Shown piece after piece: positions 18,882 through 31,451 of a DNA stretch of 43,787 bases. Both the position numbers and the translations under genes were made by a program. This stretch comes from Caecitellus pseudoparvulus (lineage: Eukaryota; Protista; Bigyra: Bicosoecida): positions 1 through 43,787 of the forward strand of contig CBFFRQ010000199.1 in the NCBI GenBank assembly GCA_965644315.1. Direction: 5' to 3'. The notes below the pieces were generated by a model. That model did not search any database, was not told the DNA's origin, and saw only the letters and a program-made list of their open reading frames with translations. How positions within the stretch are numbered: position 1 is the stretch's first letter; each line of letters starts with the position of its first letter.

Positions 18882-19635
18882 TTACTCCTCCTCCTCAGCG
18901 GCGACGGTGGTCTTGCCGGTCTGCAAGTTCTTGAAGCCGCCCTTCACCTTCTTGCCGGTGTTGGGGTCCACAGCCACATCGACGTACTTGACCAGGGTGT
19001 ACATCTGCGGGTGAGGCGAGCGCAAATGGCAGGTGCAGGTGAGCTGGAGTTTCACCGCAGCGTTTCGCCGTGCCAGGCGCTGCACTCACAGTCTCCTTGG
19101 CGTCCTCGTCCTCGTTGCGCTTGCGCTCCATGAGCACGCGGATGCGAGTGGGGACGTTGCGGATGCCCTTGTGCCAGACATACTTGTTGACAGAGGTGTC
19201 CAGGCGCACGTCGGTGGTCTTCATCTCCTTGCCGACGAACTTCTTGATCTCACGCACAGCGCGGGGGGCACGCTTCTTGAAGCCACTGCACACAGCAAGG
19301 GGGGTGAGGAAGTGCACAGTGCGGACTTCCTGCACACTGCTCTTGGCCGCCACCACCTCGGCTGTGCTCTGAGCAGCCGGCCAAGGAGGCTGGTGCTAGT
19401 TCCGCAGCTGACCAGGCGCCGAGACTCACATGCCGTGCAGGCGCTTGTGGAGGTTGATCGTGGCCTCCTTCACCACAGGGGCTGCGAAGCGGGACAAAAG
19501 CACAGTGCGCGGCTGCCATCAAAGGTCTGCCCTGGCGCCCCCTTGACGCTCAGGCCAGCGCGACGTAGCGCTGCCCGAGTGCGGAAACTGGCACGCACTG
19601 TCAACGGGGGTGGATGCGGGGCGAGTCTTTCCCAT
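18882..19635 (-). CDS. RPL31: 60S ribosomal protein L31 (eL31), 135 aa; introns 19482-19598, 19286-19429, 19005-19089
   Basis: Spliced product [46 protein letters not shown]...[15 protein letters not shown]...ERKRNEDED is characteristic of eL31. Confidence 0.97.
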
Positions 19636-19989
19636 GGTGAGAGTTGGGTGGAGAAGCACAGCACAAAGGAGGCTCTTGCCACATCTACTGGTTTGTCGTG
19701 GGTACTGGGTGGGGAAAAGTGCTGGCATGCGGCGCATTTGCACTGCTGAAGGTGCTGGTGTGGGGGGCTTGATTTTTGCGGTGCGCGAATGATGAAATGA
19801 TGCGTCTCAAACCAACGCTCGGCCCAGCCGGACGGTGAGGCCACGCAGCGGCAAGCTTCCTGCCACGGGGCAGGTTGTGATGCACACAAAAATCGTCCCA
19901 ATTACGTCCCTTGATGGTTTTATCCTTGCTCTGGTTCCTTGCCCACTCCATTGCCCGTTCTTGTCTCGCTGTGCGGAAATTGGTTCGAC
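19636..19989. promoter_or_regulatory. probable bidirectional promoter region RPL31/TTC4
   Basis: 354 bp between head-to-head start codons. A pyrimidine-rich tract lies just upstream of the RPL31 ATG. Confidence 0.45.
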
Positions 19990-21549
19990 ATGGCAGCAGC
20001 GCCAGGCACACAGCCCCCTTCTGAGCTGGATGAGGAGCAGCTGGACCAGCTTATCGAGGAGTACAAGAAGATGAAAGCCTCGGGCCATCTAGATTCTTTG
20101 GACGACGACTTCGAGAACCATCCCTTTTTCATGGACCACCTGCCCACAGTTCGTGCTGTGGCTTTCCACGTCCTTGTCCCCCGCCCTGGTCACTCGCTCG
20201 ATCGCGCGTGCTGCGCAGGAGGAGGACTATGAGAAGAACCCGTACTTGAAAGCCCTGCGAGATCTGGACTACAGCGACGACCATGGCCCTGCAGAGCTGG
20301 CCGTCGACTGCAAAGAGCGAGGCAACGTCGCTTTCAAGCGCGGCAAGGCGTTCTATGGCAACGCGCTGAAGTTCTACAACGTGCGGTGCCGTGGCTGGAG
20401 CTGCACCCCTGGCGGCGCCTCACCTGCCTCGCTAGCGCGCCTGCACAGGATGCCCTGCGACACATCGGCAATGCCCCCCCATCGTCTGAGATGACAGCAC
20501 TGGAGAGCGTCGTGCACAGCAACTTGGCGGCAATTTTCATGGTGCGTGGCGACGGCGCAGCAAGGGAAGCAGCAGACCGACACCCCTCACACCCGCTGCC
20601 CCCTCTCCAGTCCCGCAAGAAGCTGGGCATGGCCTTGGATGAGTGCCTCGAGGCGCTGAGCCTGAACCCTGACAATGCCCGTGCCGTGCAGCGGGGCGCA
20701 AAGTGCGCCGTGCTCCTCGGGCGCTACAGCAAGGCTCTAGAGCTCGCAAACAAGGGCCTCGCAGGCGACCCCGAGAGCAAGGCTCTGCAGACCCTGGCTG
20801 GCCGAGCCCAGGCAGGCCTGGACAAGGTGCAGCGCATGGCGGAAGCAGAGGCGGCGAAAGTGCAGGCGACGAAAGACCGCCTGGCCGTCGCGGCAGAGGC
20901 CTGTGCAGATCGGGGCATTCGCGTGGGCAAGCCTCTGTTCGAAGACATGCGTCGGACACCTGGCGAGCCCCACATCACGGAGGACGGATGCATGCACTGG
21001 CCCCTGGTGGTGCTGTACCCAGAAACGGGGCAGAGCGACTACGTGCAGACGTGGCCTGAGGTGGACACACTGCAGTCCCTTCTGGGCGCCATGCTGCCCA
21101 AGACGAAGGGGGCTGCCCCCCCTCTCCCGTGGGATCGAGCGGGCGCGTACACCCTGGACAACGTCGATGCCTTCTACGTGCGGAACATCGTGCCTGCCAA
21201 ACCCCTGGAACAGGCTTGGAGCGAGTGGTTGCCAGCCCCCGCCACCCCAGACCAACCAAGTGACCAAGCCGCCCCCACCGCTTCCGCAGCCTCTGCCGCA
21301 GAGCAGCCTGCTCCCCAGGGGCCTCATGTGTGGGTGCAGATTCCACTCGCCGCGCCGCTGTTGCTGCCGCTGGTGCAGCCCGACCACGTTGTGCCCACCA
21401 TTCCTGTCATTTACGTCGTGGGCAAGGGCACGCCTTGGTACGCCGCTTGGCGCAAGGAGACGCTGCGGGCCATGAAGGCGACCGAGTTTCCCTGCCTTGC
21501 AGTGCCCGACCTCGTCACAAGGGAGGAGTTTGAGGCAAGCCAGCAGTGA
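19990..21549 (+). CDS. TTC4: TPR co-chaperone TTC4/Cns1 (450 aa); introns 20149-20218, 20381-20448, 20542-20610
   Basis: HPFFMDHLP..NPYLKALRDL; TPR carboxylate-clamp-type motifs KERGNVAFK and SNLAA; C-terminal wheel-domain motif MHWPLVVLYPETGQSDYV. Confidence 0.9.
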
Positions 21550-21858
21550 GTGGGGGGACTGGGTGTGCTTTGTCAGAGCCGCCTGCGTGGAACAGCCCCC
21601 GTGCACGCTGCGCTGGCCAGCAGGTTGCGCGGAGGTCGCTGCTCGTCCTTGGTGAAGGCAAGCGAGACCGCACAGTCTCGAGAAGCAGCCTATTCGGGCT
21701 GACGCTGGGCCGCATCCAAGTCGGCCCACGAGCGAGCATCCCAGCTTCAAGCCCGGCAGCTCAGAGTGCTGTTGTTCACCACAAACCACAATGCATTGGT
21801 ACGTTGCGCAGCTGCACTCGCCATGAGCAGCCGCACTGAACACACACGCTCCACACGA

Positions 21859-24800
21859 TCACACTTTGCTGGCGGAGGCCTTCGAGGCACGTCGCTGCTG
21901 CAGCACTCTTCGAGGCGGCATGGGTCTCTTCCCGCCCCCCATGCCCGCTGTGATGGATGCCCGCAACGGGTTCTCTGTCTGTGCGAGGAAAGCACACTGT
22001 CCAGAAAGGCCCGAGGGTGTCTGCGCGCTCGCCAGAGGCTGCTTGCCACTCCCTGGAAATGGTCCTTGCTTTGCGTCCTTTAGCTGGAAGTCGGGAAGGT
22101 CTACTTGTCGCTTCTGAGCTGGACCAGCAGCACCCTGCACTGTCTGCGGCTCAGCTGCTTGGCAGGGGCTGGAGGGATCTTTTGCTTTTCCAGCACGCCT
22201 GCGCAGAACAGGCGCTACCTCTGACCCGTACCACTCGCGCAGCCACCACACGAGGACGAAGCCCAGGAACGCAGCATTGGCCACGCACAGTACAGTGGAG
22301 ATGGACTGCGCAGCGGCATCCAGGTGCTGCCACCGCCTGTGCGTTGCACTGGAGGCTGCACGCAGATCGTCCACACGGTCTTGAAACAGCAGCGCGCCGC
22401 CGGCCAGGGTTGTAATTGAGAGGGCCATGCTGGCCATGTCCAGCTTGTTGAACAGCGGCGCCTCGTACGGCTGCAGGGCAGCAGACAACATGCACGCAGC
22501 ACACAGCACCAGCAGCCCAAAGCCAATCTGCCACAGCAGCCCCACGGGGCGCAGCGCCACGAGCACCAGCGCAAACAGAGCCTTGCGTGCCATAATTGCA
22601 ACCTCGTACCAGAAGTACTGATCTTTGTATCCTAGGTACAGCAGGCCCAGTGTACGGCGATGCCACGTGCTGGTCTGCAACACCTCCCGCTCCCGCCAGA
22701 GGTGAACTGCTGCCAGGGCAGGGTAGCCCAGCACAAACAGCAGCAGGAGGGGAACGCCCAGCCCCAGGGACCAAATGCGGTTCTCCGTGGAGTCACACTC
22801 AATGCTGAGGTCTTCCAGCAAGCGGGTTTGGCCCCCTACATCGACACATGTGAACAGCTGCATGGTGGCGCGGCTTATGGGCGTGTAGAACAGGTACGTC
22901 AGCACCACCAGTGCTACGAGGCAGCGGCGCCGCGTCTCCTCTGCGTCGGCCCGGCGGCACAGCCACAGTGCCCAGAACACTGCGACAGCACCGATGCCCA
23001 GCAGCACGGGAGTTACTAGGGTGGCCACGACGGTGACACGGAACGTCGAGTCCAGGCCGGCACCATCCGTTGCCCGCACACAGTCCACGCTGGCGAACGT
23101 GGACGCTGCCGAGCCGGCCATGTCCGAGATCTGCAGCAGGCTGCGGAAGGGGTTGGGCCACTTCAGGTCGAACGACAGCATTAGTGCACACTGCTGCAGG
23201 TGACTCAGCAGCACCTTCTTCACGACACTGTGCGTTTTACGCTCCAGGGCACGAGTGCGCACCTGCCCCTGCAGCAACCACGCCACGACCAAGGTCACAC
23301 CCAGGGCAAACAAGACGATGAGCCCTGCCGCCCCAGCACGCCCACCCGAGCACTTTGAACAGGTCCCCGCGCCGACACGGCCGTACCCTGCTGTGCACTG
23401 CTCACACAGAGGGCCCGTGTGTCCTTCCAGGCACTGAGAGATCGGCGCGCTGGTGGGGGACTCGGAAAACCCCTGTGTCGGTGCCACTGACGAGCTACCC
23501 TGTGCATGGCCGGTTTCTTGCGACGCGTTGGCGACCATGAGCGTGCCACTGCCGACGAACGGAGCAGGCAGGGGGCAGCCCGGTCGACAGGTGTCATGCT
23601 GCAAGTACGCCAAGTCGCTGCGCTTCACAAGCACCCGAGAAGGACTGGGGCACACCACCTCCTGCACACAGGGCAAGAAGGCCAGACCAGCCTCCGACCA
23701 CGGCACACGGTAGAAGCCAGCCGCGTTGCGCATGCCCTCCCACGGCAAGCCATCACACAGCGCCCCAGCAGGGCATGGCTGGCAGAGAACGGCGCTCCAG
23801 TCCTCTCCCGACAGCGCGTGCGTCGCCAGGTATTGTGAGGAGCTGCACACAGAAAAGACGGGGCCAGCAGGGGGGGATGCAGGGCCGAGCAAGGCATCGT
23901 CGCTGACGCCAGTCGCTGCACGCACAGCCAGCCACAACGGCGCTGCAGGCGTGTCCAACACTCGCACATCCAGCAACTGGCCCGGCCCGGTGGGTGGCAG
24001 AATGTGCGCGCAGTCAGCGGGCACACCGTCAAGCTCCAGCACATCTCCGGAAGTTGCCCCTCCCACCGGCACGACACGCCTTGACATGGCAGCCGTCTCG
24101 TTTCCGACACCCGCCGTTGTGCGTGGCGGCCGCTCGGCAAAGTTAACCACCCATGCCTGGACAGGGGACACAGCAGTGATGGCGTCGTCTGTCCACCGGA
24201 ACACCACTCGAGTGGCCCCCCCTGGCCCCTCTCGATACCCACACACTTGACGTGGCGCAGTGAGGGGAGCTTGCGGCGGTAACAGGTACCGAAAGCCGCC
24301 ACCCTGCGAGGCGGGCGTCGAAGCATTGTACCCGCTGCGCAGGGCAACTGTGAAGCGGACGTCAATGAGATCTTGGAGCATCAACGATGCTGGAGGGGGG
24401 AGGCTGTCAATGCGAATGCCCGCATCCCCCGCCCGGCTCCATTGGCTGCGTGGCACTTGCACGCGCCCAACCATGACAGCCACCACGTCTGCGTCAGACA
24501 GCCCCAGATTCATACCCAGCACGGAGAGTGGGGCGCCTGGTTGTGCTTCAGACGGAGTTGCGCGTGTAAGGGCCGGTGGGCCTGCAACGAGCAGTGCCCC
24601 AGCTGGCATGGCTGCCAGCACGCCTTCGTTGGTCCGGAAGGACAGCTGCAGACTGAGACTGCCGCCCGGCGGAGGTCGCGGAAGAGCACTTGGGCGGTAC
24701 CCTGCACACTTGACCTGCCTTCCTGCACTATCCAGGGCCACGCGCCCCCTGCCGCCCTGCACTCCATGTCGCCCAGCATGAGCGAGCCGTTTCCAGCCCC

Positions 24801-27800
24801 TGCCGCAGGGTCGCCCAGGGCCAGCCCGTCCAGGGTCAGCGTGGCAACATCGCCAGGTGCGCCAAGGACAGCATGCTGCACGGCAAGGCCTTGAACCCGC
24901 AAGACCTCGGGCGTGGAAAACAGCAACTCGGGGCCGGGCCCGCTGTCCCACCCAGCTGCTGTATGCACGCGCACCTCGCTGGAGCTTGCGCCGGCGGCGT
25001 CCAAGGACGGAGACTGACAGGCGATCTCCCCATCGCTCAGAACGTGCACCGCCCCACAAGCCGCCTTTCCGACTGTGACGTTCACGAAGGAGGTGGGGCC
25101 TGGCCCCATGCCCCCACCTGGCACGAAGCCGCTGCCGACAATGCGGATGGTGCGCCCGCCGCCCGCCGAGACGAGGGGCGGCAACACGGCTGCCACGAGG
25201 GGCTGAGTTTGTACAGGAAGAACCAGTGGCGTGGTACTCCATAGCCCGGGCAGCGAGACCTGTAGCTGGAGGGGGGTACTTGTGGTGTGCGGGACAACGA
25301 GCCCTGAGCAGTTCACCCGCTCAAGCGACACCCATTCTACAGAAGGACAGCTGATACCATTCACAGTTACGACCAAAGCGCTGGACACTTCTGGAGCACC
25401 GCTGCGGGAGGCGAAATTCCTCCCCGTGATGCTGAAGGACTGAGCATATGCCATGTCTGGCGCAGACACGACCAAGCGTGCCACAGACACGCCCGTGGCT
25501 GATGTGGGGCTATACTGGATGTACTCGCCTTGCAGTGTGGCCACCACTCCCCCCACACGCACAGCGCGAACGACTCCCAGTGGGCCCGCCCCAGCAGGAA
25601 GCTGGCAAGTGAGCTGGCTGGCATCTGCGGAGATGTTGGTACACCGCACACTGTTGGTGCCTGAGCCGAAGACAACGTCTGCCACGTCACCACCTGCACC
25701 TGCGGATGCTGGTGACCGCCCAAGGCCGACTCCGTACATAGTCACGAGGCCGCCAGAAGCAGGCAGCGGCACCGGTTCCAGGGACACCAGGCTCATGCTG
25801 CCGACAACCCGCACTGCCTGTGGAAGGGCAGCTGAAGCCTCGCCCACCTGCACCTCGGCACCAACTGTCTCTGACACCCCGTAGAGCGCGTCAGTCGGCA
25901 GGCCACCGCATTGTACTGCAGTAGCACTCAGCCGAGTTGTCGTTGTGCAAGGAATGCCGGCCACAGATGCATGCAGCGGCGTCCCGGGCGTGCCGAAGTT
26001 CTGGCCGGCAAACACCAAGTTGGCAGCGGAGGAGTCGTTGGTCGTCAGCAGCTCGGCGGGCTCCACGCTCAGGAGCTCCGGCACAGCGTAGTCCACCCGC
26101 ACGGACTGTGTCGTTTGCCCTGCCACTGTCATGCGCAGCCACACGCTGCCTGTACCAGGCCCAAGCAAGCACCGCACTTCACCTGCCAGGAGGGGGAGAA
26201 GTAGTGGGCATGATGTCATGGGAACTGCGCCAGGCTCGCTGGTATTCGCGACGAAGACTTCACTGGCTGCTGGCGGCAGCTCATACTGCAAGTTAGAGCC
26301 ATTGACAGCCCGCTGGGCCAAGTGCTCCCCACGCAACACGACAGCCCCACCACCCTGAGGAAAGCCGCTGCTGGGAAGGGCCACCGTGAGGGAGGGTTGT
26401 GCATACAGCAGCACCTCTTGTGCACCCACAGAGCCGGCAGGAGAATCGAAGACGTGGTGCAGCGTCACTCCCACGCCCCCAGACACGTCTGCGTCTGGCA
26501 GAGCAGGGGCCGTGCAAGAAATGAGCGTCGCTGACAGGACTCGAGCTCCCGTGCACTGTGCTTCCCCGACTTGAACCCAAAAGGCAGCCCCAGACGGCAA
26601 CAACGCAGATGGATCCGGCGTTTGCAGCACGAGAGGCCAGAAGGAGCCGATCAGAGCCAGCGGCACGCCCCCGTGCTGGGCACACGGGGGCGGGTGGACA
26701 CGTCTGCTGCAGAGCGGACGGCGTCAACGCGCAGCACAGGGGAGGTTGCCCAATCCTCTGGCCACACACAGGACATGGACCAAGGCTGCACAGCCGTTCC
26801 CCCTGCCACTACCGAGCAGCTGCTGTCAGCGGCGCAAATGCCGTTGGCTTCAGTGGTCGGCATGCCAGACCCCGAGCATGCTGAGCCGAACACCGCAGTG
26901 GGCGTGGGAATGTCCACCCAGTACGCCCCCTGCATGATTTGCAGCAGCCAAGGGGGCACTGCCACCAGCCCGCCCAGGTTTGTGTCCCCCCCGCTGAACA
27001 CTTCCGCGACGCTGCCCCACGCGCCACGACTGCCGACCACTGCCAGGTTTGTATCAATGCCCCCCAGAGTCACCATCATGCCCAGATCCAAGGCATACCG
27101 CACTGGCGCCATGAGGAACATGGGCACGCCATCTGCGGCACGGTCACCGCCCCCGCCGTCGCCGCGCTGCCCGTACGCTGCGCTTCCCCAGCAGTGCAAG
27201 TCGCCGGAGTCGAAGATCGCACAGGTGAATCGCGCACCCACAATCATGCTGCGCACATTCTTGGTCAGCGGCAGTGGCCCCACCGAGGCTGGCACCTCAT
27301 CATCTCCGATGTCATCCACATTGCCGTACCCCAACAGGCACCCCTGCACCCTCACCCCAGCACTGGGCACCCCCGTCCACCAGCGTCACACATGTGGTGC
27401 GGGCGCCGGCAAACACTTCCACCACGGCTGCAGACGTATTCACATACCCAGCCTCGGCAACTGAAGTCCTGTTGGCCAGCCCCACCCAGTCCAAGTTGCC
27501 ATACCCGAGCCGCCCTCGACCGCCATAATTGTACTCGTCTTCCTCCGCGGGCTGGCCCCAGCAGGCCACACGCCCGCCGGTGAACAGCGCACACGCATGA
27601 TGCCAGCCAGCGGACACCCCCACCACAAATGCTCCGGGCTGAGTTTGGATGAGGGGTGCAGTCGTCACGCGATAAGCATAATAGCGCAGTGCGCCTCCCC
27701 CAATTTGCCCAAAGCGGTTCAATCCCCAGCATAGTGCACTGCCATTCACCATGGACGCGCATGTGAAGTCGTCAGAAGCCCCCACACTTGTCACTGGGCC

Positions 27801-30659
27801 CACTTCCTCAACATGCCCGACGTCGCCAGGGAGGGTGCTTGGGGACTGGCCGATCTGGGTCAAGCTTGGGTGACCTGCCTTCCACTGATGATTCGAGCCC
27901 CAGCAGTACAGCGCCTGTGTACTCAACACTGCACAGGTGTGTTCAACTCCCGCTGACACTGCGACTGCTGGCGCTGGGAAGACGACAGGCTCGGCAGTGG
28001 CTGCGCCAGTGTAGTATGACGCCAGAGGGCGCTCTTCAGTGTCCCCCACACCCAACTGCCCGAAGCTGTTGTCACCCCAACACACCAAGGACCCATCCGT
28101 TCCAACAGAACAGGAGTACTGGTGCCCCACATTCACTGCCGCCGACCTGTGTCCAAGCGGCACTGTGATGGCCGTGTCCATGTGTTCGTCGTCGCCCAGG
28201 ACGTCTGGCCCAGAGCCCCCCAACTCAAAGCCAGATCCCCGCCCCCAACAACGCACATTGCCACCCTCAAAACGAGCACAAGCGTGCTGCAAAGCTGCAC
28301 TGCCCTGCACGGCGCGTAGCCGACGGCGCTGGGTGAGAATGGCCCACGGCAGCAGTTGAGGCGGCACTGGGGTGCTCTCCCTCACAAACGGCAGCTTTTC
28401 CAGCGTTTCATCATCGCCCAGAATAGCGCCTGATGCGCGGCCAAGGAGGCCGTTCAGCCCCGGCCCCCAGCACAGCAACCCACCGTGCCTAAAGAGCGCA
28501 CACACATGGTATGCGCCGCAGGTGAGTGATACAGGCACGCCCGGAAGGGGGATCAGCCCCATGCTGTCCACTCGTGGCGCGCTCGGCCCAGTTGCATACC
28601 CCGTGCTGATAAACATGCCTGCCCCAAGGGGCCCTGTGCCGCTCTCGCCCCAGCATATAATGCCCTGCCCTTCGTCAGGGTGCATGATCAGCGCGCAGGA
28701 CATGCCCAGCCCAGCACAGATGTCAGTTGCTGGCCCAGGCAAGGGCACGTACACTGACTCAGATGCAGGCTCGTTGTCGCCGATGCTCTCGCTGTGCCCA
28801 GCTCCCAGACGCCCGAAGAGGCGCACTGAGTTGGGCGCGTATGGCCCGTTAGCGCCCCAACACCGCACTCGTCCAGCGGGGGTCAAGGCGCAGACGTGAT
28901 AGTAGCCGCCTTCGACTTTCATCACGGCTTCCCCCAGCGGCACGGGGCCAAGCACAGCGGGCACCTGTCCCAAGGCATTGCCGCGGCCCAGCACTCCCCC
29001 TCCAACACCCAGGATCCCGAAGCCTCCGGAGAAGAACCCAGATTTCGCAGGGTCGTGCTCACCCCAGCAGTACACTGCCCCAAGCCGCGACACGGCGCAA
29101 ATACCGTCACTGTGCACTCGCATCGACGCTATGCCTCCCGGCACCTCGACTGGAGGTGCCATTCCAGGCGCTGGGACAACAGGCACGGTGGGGTATTCCA
29201 GCTGACCAGGGGACAGCTGCCAGCCCAAGTTGGAACCCCAGCAGTGCGCCCTGGCATCGGGTGCCAGGGCGCACGTGGTGAACGCGCCGATGGACAAGGC
29301 CACCGGCGCAAAGGTGAGGCCCACCAAGCCAGCCTCGGCGGGCGTGTTCACTGCGCCCACATCCAACAAGTGCCCCACGCCAAGCTGCCCTGCAAAGTTC
29401 GAGCCCCAGCACCGCACCTGACCACTCACCAGCCGCACACACGAGTGCAAGCCACCAGTCACAACGTCCATGACAACACCCCCCACGTCGACGAACTCTA
29501 TGTCCTTCAGGTGCTCCCGCTGGCCCCGCGTGCGCGTGTCACCATACCCCAGTCTCCCCGCCCCTGCGCCGTCAAAGTCAGGGTTAGGGCCGTTAAAACC
29601 CCAGCATTTTAGCCGCCCCTCGCGGTATACAGCACATGTATGCTCCATGCCAGCCTCCACCTGCACGATGGCCTGCGCTGTTGGCATGATGCGGATTGGG
29701 CTAGGGACAGACAAAGGCTGCTGCCCTGCTCCGCCCACAGCCCAACTTGCGGCGTGGCCGTGCAGCGAGTTCACTCTCACTGACGCATTGAGTGCCATAC
29801 CAACCAGGGCGCCGTCTGTGATGGCCAGGGATGCAAGCAGCCAACGCGTGCTCTGCTCAGCAGGGGACGGCGACAGCAGCCGCTGCAAGGGCACATGCAG
29901 CACGGCGCGCACTGGGTGCTGTGGAAGCGTCCAGGACAGAGGCGACCAAGTCGCATGTGGCCACGAGAATGCCGTGCCAGGTAGGGACGGCAGCACAGGG
30001 TGCCCTGCCGCGAAGCCTGCGCCACAGACGTGCAGCGGGTCCAGCACGTGCCACGCAGAACCCCGCCACACATGCACGCCATTGCAGGCAAGCCGAGGCT
30101 CCAGCTCGCCACGCCGCCACGCGAGCTGAATAGACAGCAGCACGTTCGCGCAGGATGGCAGTACCAAGGGCACAGTGGAGTTCCCTTGAGCGGACTGCAG
30201 CATCAGGCGGTGTGGGGCTGGAAGCCCTGGCGTATCGGCGCTCGGGGGGCATGTGGCAGGCATGCCGATAGTGCCATTGGGAGCGCCAATCGGCACAGTC
30301 CAGCTGGCGTTACCGCTGACTCGGGCAGCCACAAGCCAGTTGGCCTCGTATTGCACCTGGGGCCAGTGGGGCGCAGAGGAATCCGACAGGGCGGGTCCGG
30401 AAAACGTCAAGTTGAAGTCCAGGCGCAGGAAGTCTCGCTGGAGGCCCATGTGCGCCGCATGCAGGTGCAAGGACATGTTTGCCGCAGCTATGGCAAGGGC
30501 TAGAGGGGTGGGCAGCTCCATTGGGCTGCCCAGTGGCGTGGTGTCCGAAAGTGGAGAGTACGAGAGGAAGTGGACGCCAGCCAGATCAGGCGGCGCCGAC
30601 ACGGGCACCGCACAAGCACGCAAGAAAAGAATCACAAAGACAAGAAAAGAACAACGCAT
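21859..30659 (-). CDS. giant receptor-like protein (~2930 aa): signal peptide, unknown N-domain, RCC1/BLIP-II repeats, IPT/TIG repeats, Cys-rich region, multi-TM C-terminus; three apparent frameshifts at 27341-27344, 26668-26672, 24745-24749
   Basis: MRCSFLVFVILFLRACAVPVSA signal peptide. Many GxxHxCA..GxVxCWG..GxLG repeats and IPT-like PxxGGxxVTxxG/GxNFG units. CQPCPAGALC and CLEGHTGPLCEQCTAGYG precede 7 or more TM segments. The four ORF-track pieces join by 1-nt changes in homopolymers. Confidence 0.8.
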
Positions 30660-31451
30660 AGCATTCTGCCCCGAGGCCAGAGAAGCAGGGGGGCCCCTTT
30701 TCCAGAGGCGTTGCAGCTTCGGGCCTGGCGGAGCGAGGTTGGGAAGGCTCCGTCCCAGCTTGCCGGGACGGAGCCCAGAGCTGCCCCAGAGGGCAGCGGC
30801 AGCCCAAGCGGCCATTGGCCTGCCCACAGATCTACCTCTGGCAGTTTGCAGTGGCCGCTGCAATGTAGGGGCGCAAGCTGGGGCGCTGGCAGAGGGTGTG
30901 CGCAGCGTCGCCACGCCTGGCTTCAAGATGGGCCTGTGGCTCTCGAGATGCTGTGTTGGCTCCCAGCAATGTCGGTGGGACCATAGGCGCAGGGTGAGTC
31001 ACACAAGAGGGGATTGTGTGTCGTTTCAGGGCTTCTGGGGCTTTGCGAGGCCTACCACTCGCCCTGTGTGCTTCAGTGCTCTCGTGCAGTGCCCCAGCAG
31101 TTCGCGTGCCTCCCTTGCCACACACACGAGGCTCAGCAATGTGCTGGTGGAAGTAGGTGGTGGTCTGGTGGCCCTCGCACAATCCAAACACGTTTCAGGA
31201 GAGTTAATTTTACCCCGGTGGCCTCTGACTCGTCGGCGTCGGGCCTGCCCAGCCCCTTGAGCTGGTCGAAGTGCACTGGCACCAAAAGCCGCAACGCCAA
31301 CCTCGCGCTTCGCCCACTGGCTTCTCGGCCAGTCACACGCCCAGGCCCGAAGCGCCCTGCCGCGGGCCCGCCGACTGGCTGCGAGTCTGGCAGTGCCAAG
31401 CTCGTGCAGGCTACGCTGGCATCTGCACACTCTGCAGCACACTCGAGTGGC

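Noticed and set aside
19789-19900. ATGATGA C-box-like motif suggesting a C/D snoRNA; also an H-box-like AGAGCA in RPL31 intron 2
   Set aside because: No suitably placed CTGA D box or terminal stem for the former, and no ACA box for the latter.
30660-30926. ORF-track N-terminal extension MKPGVATL... on the first giant gene
   Set aside because: Non-ATG start. The signal peptide begins at MRCSF (30659), matching the layout of the paralog.
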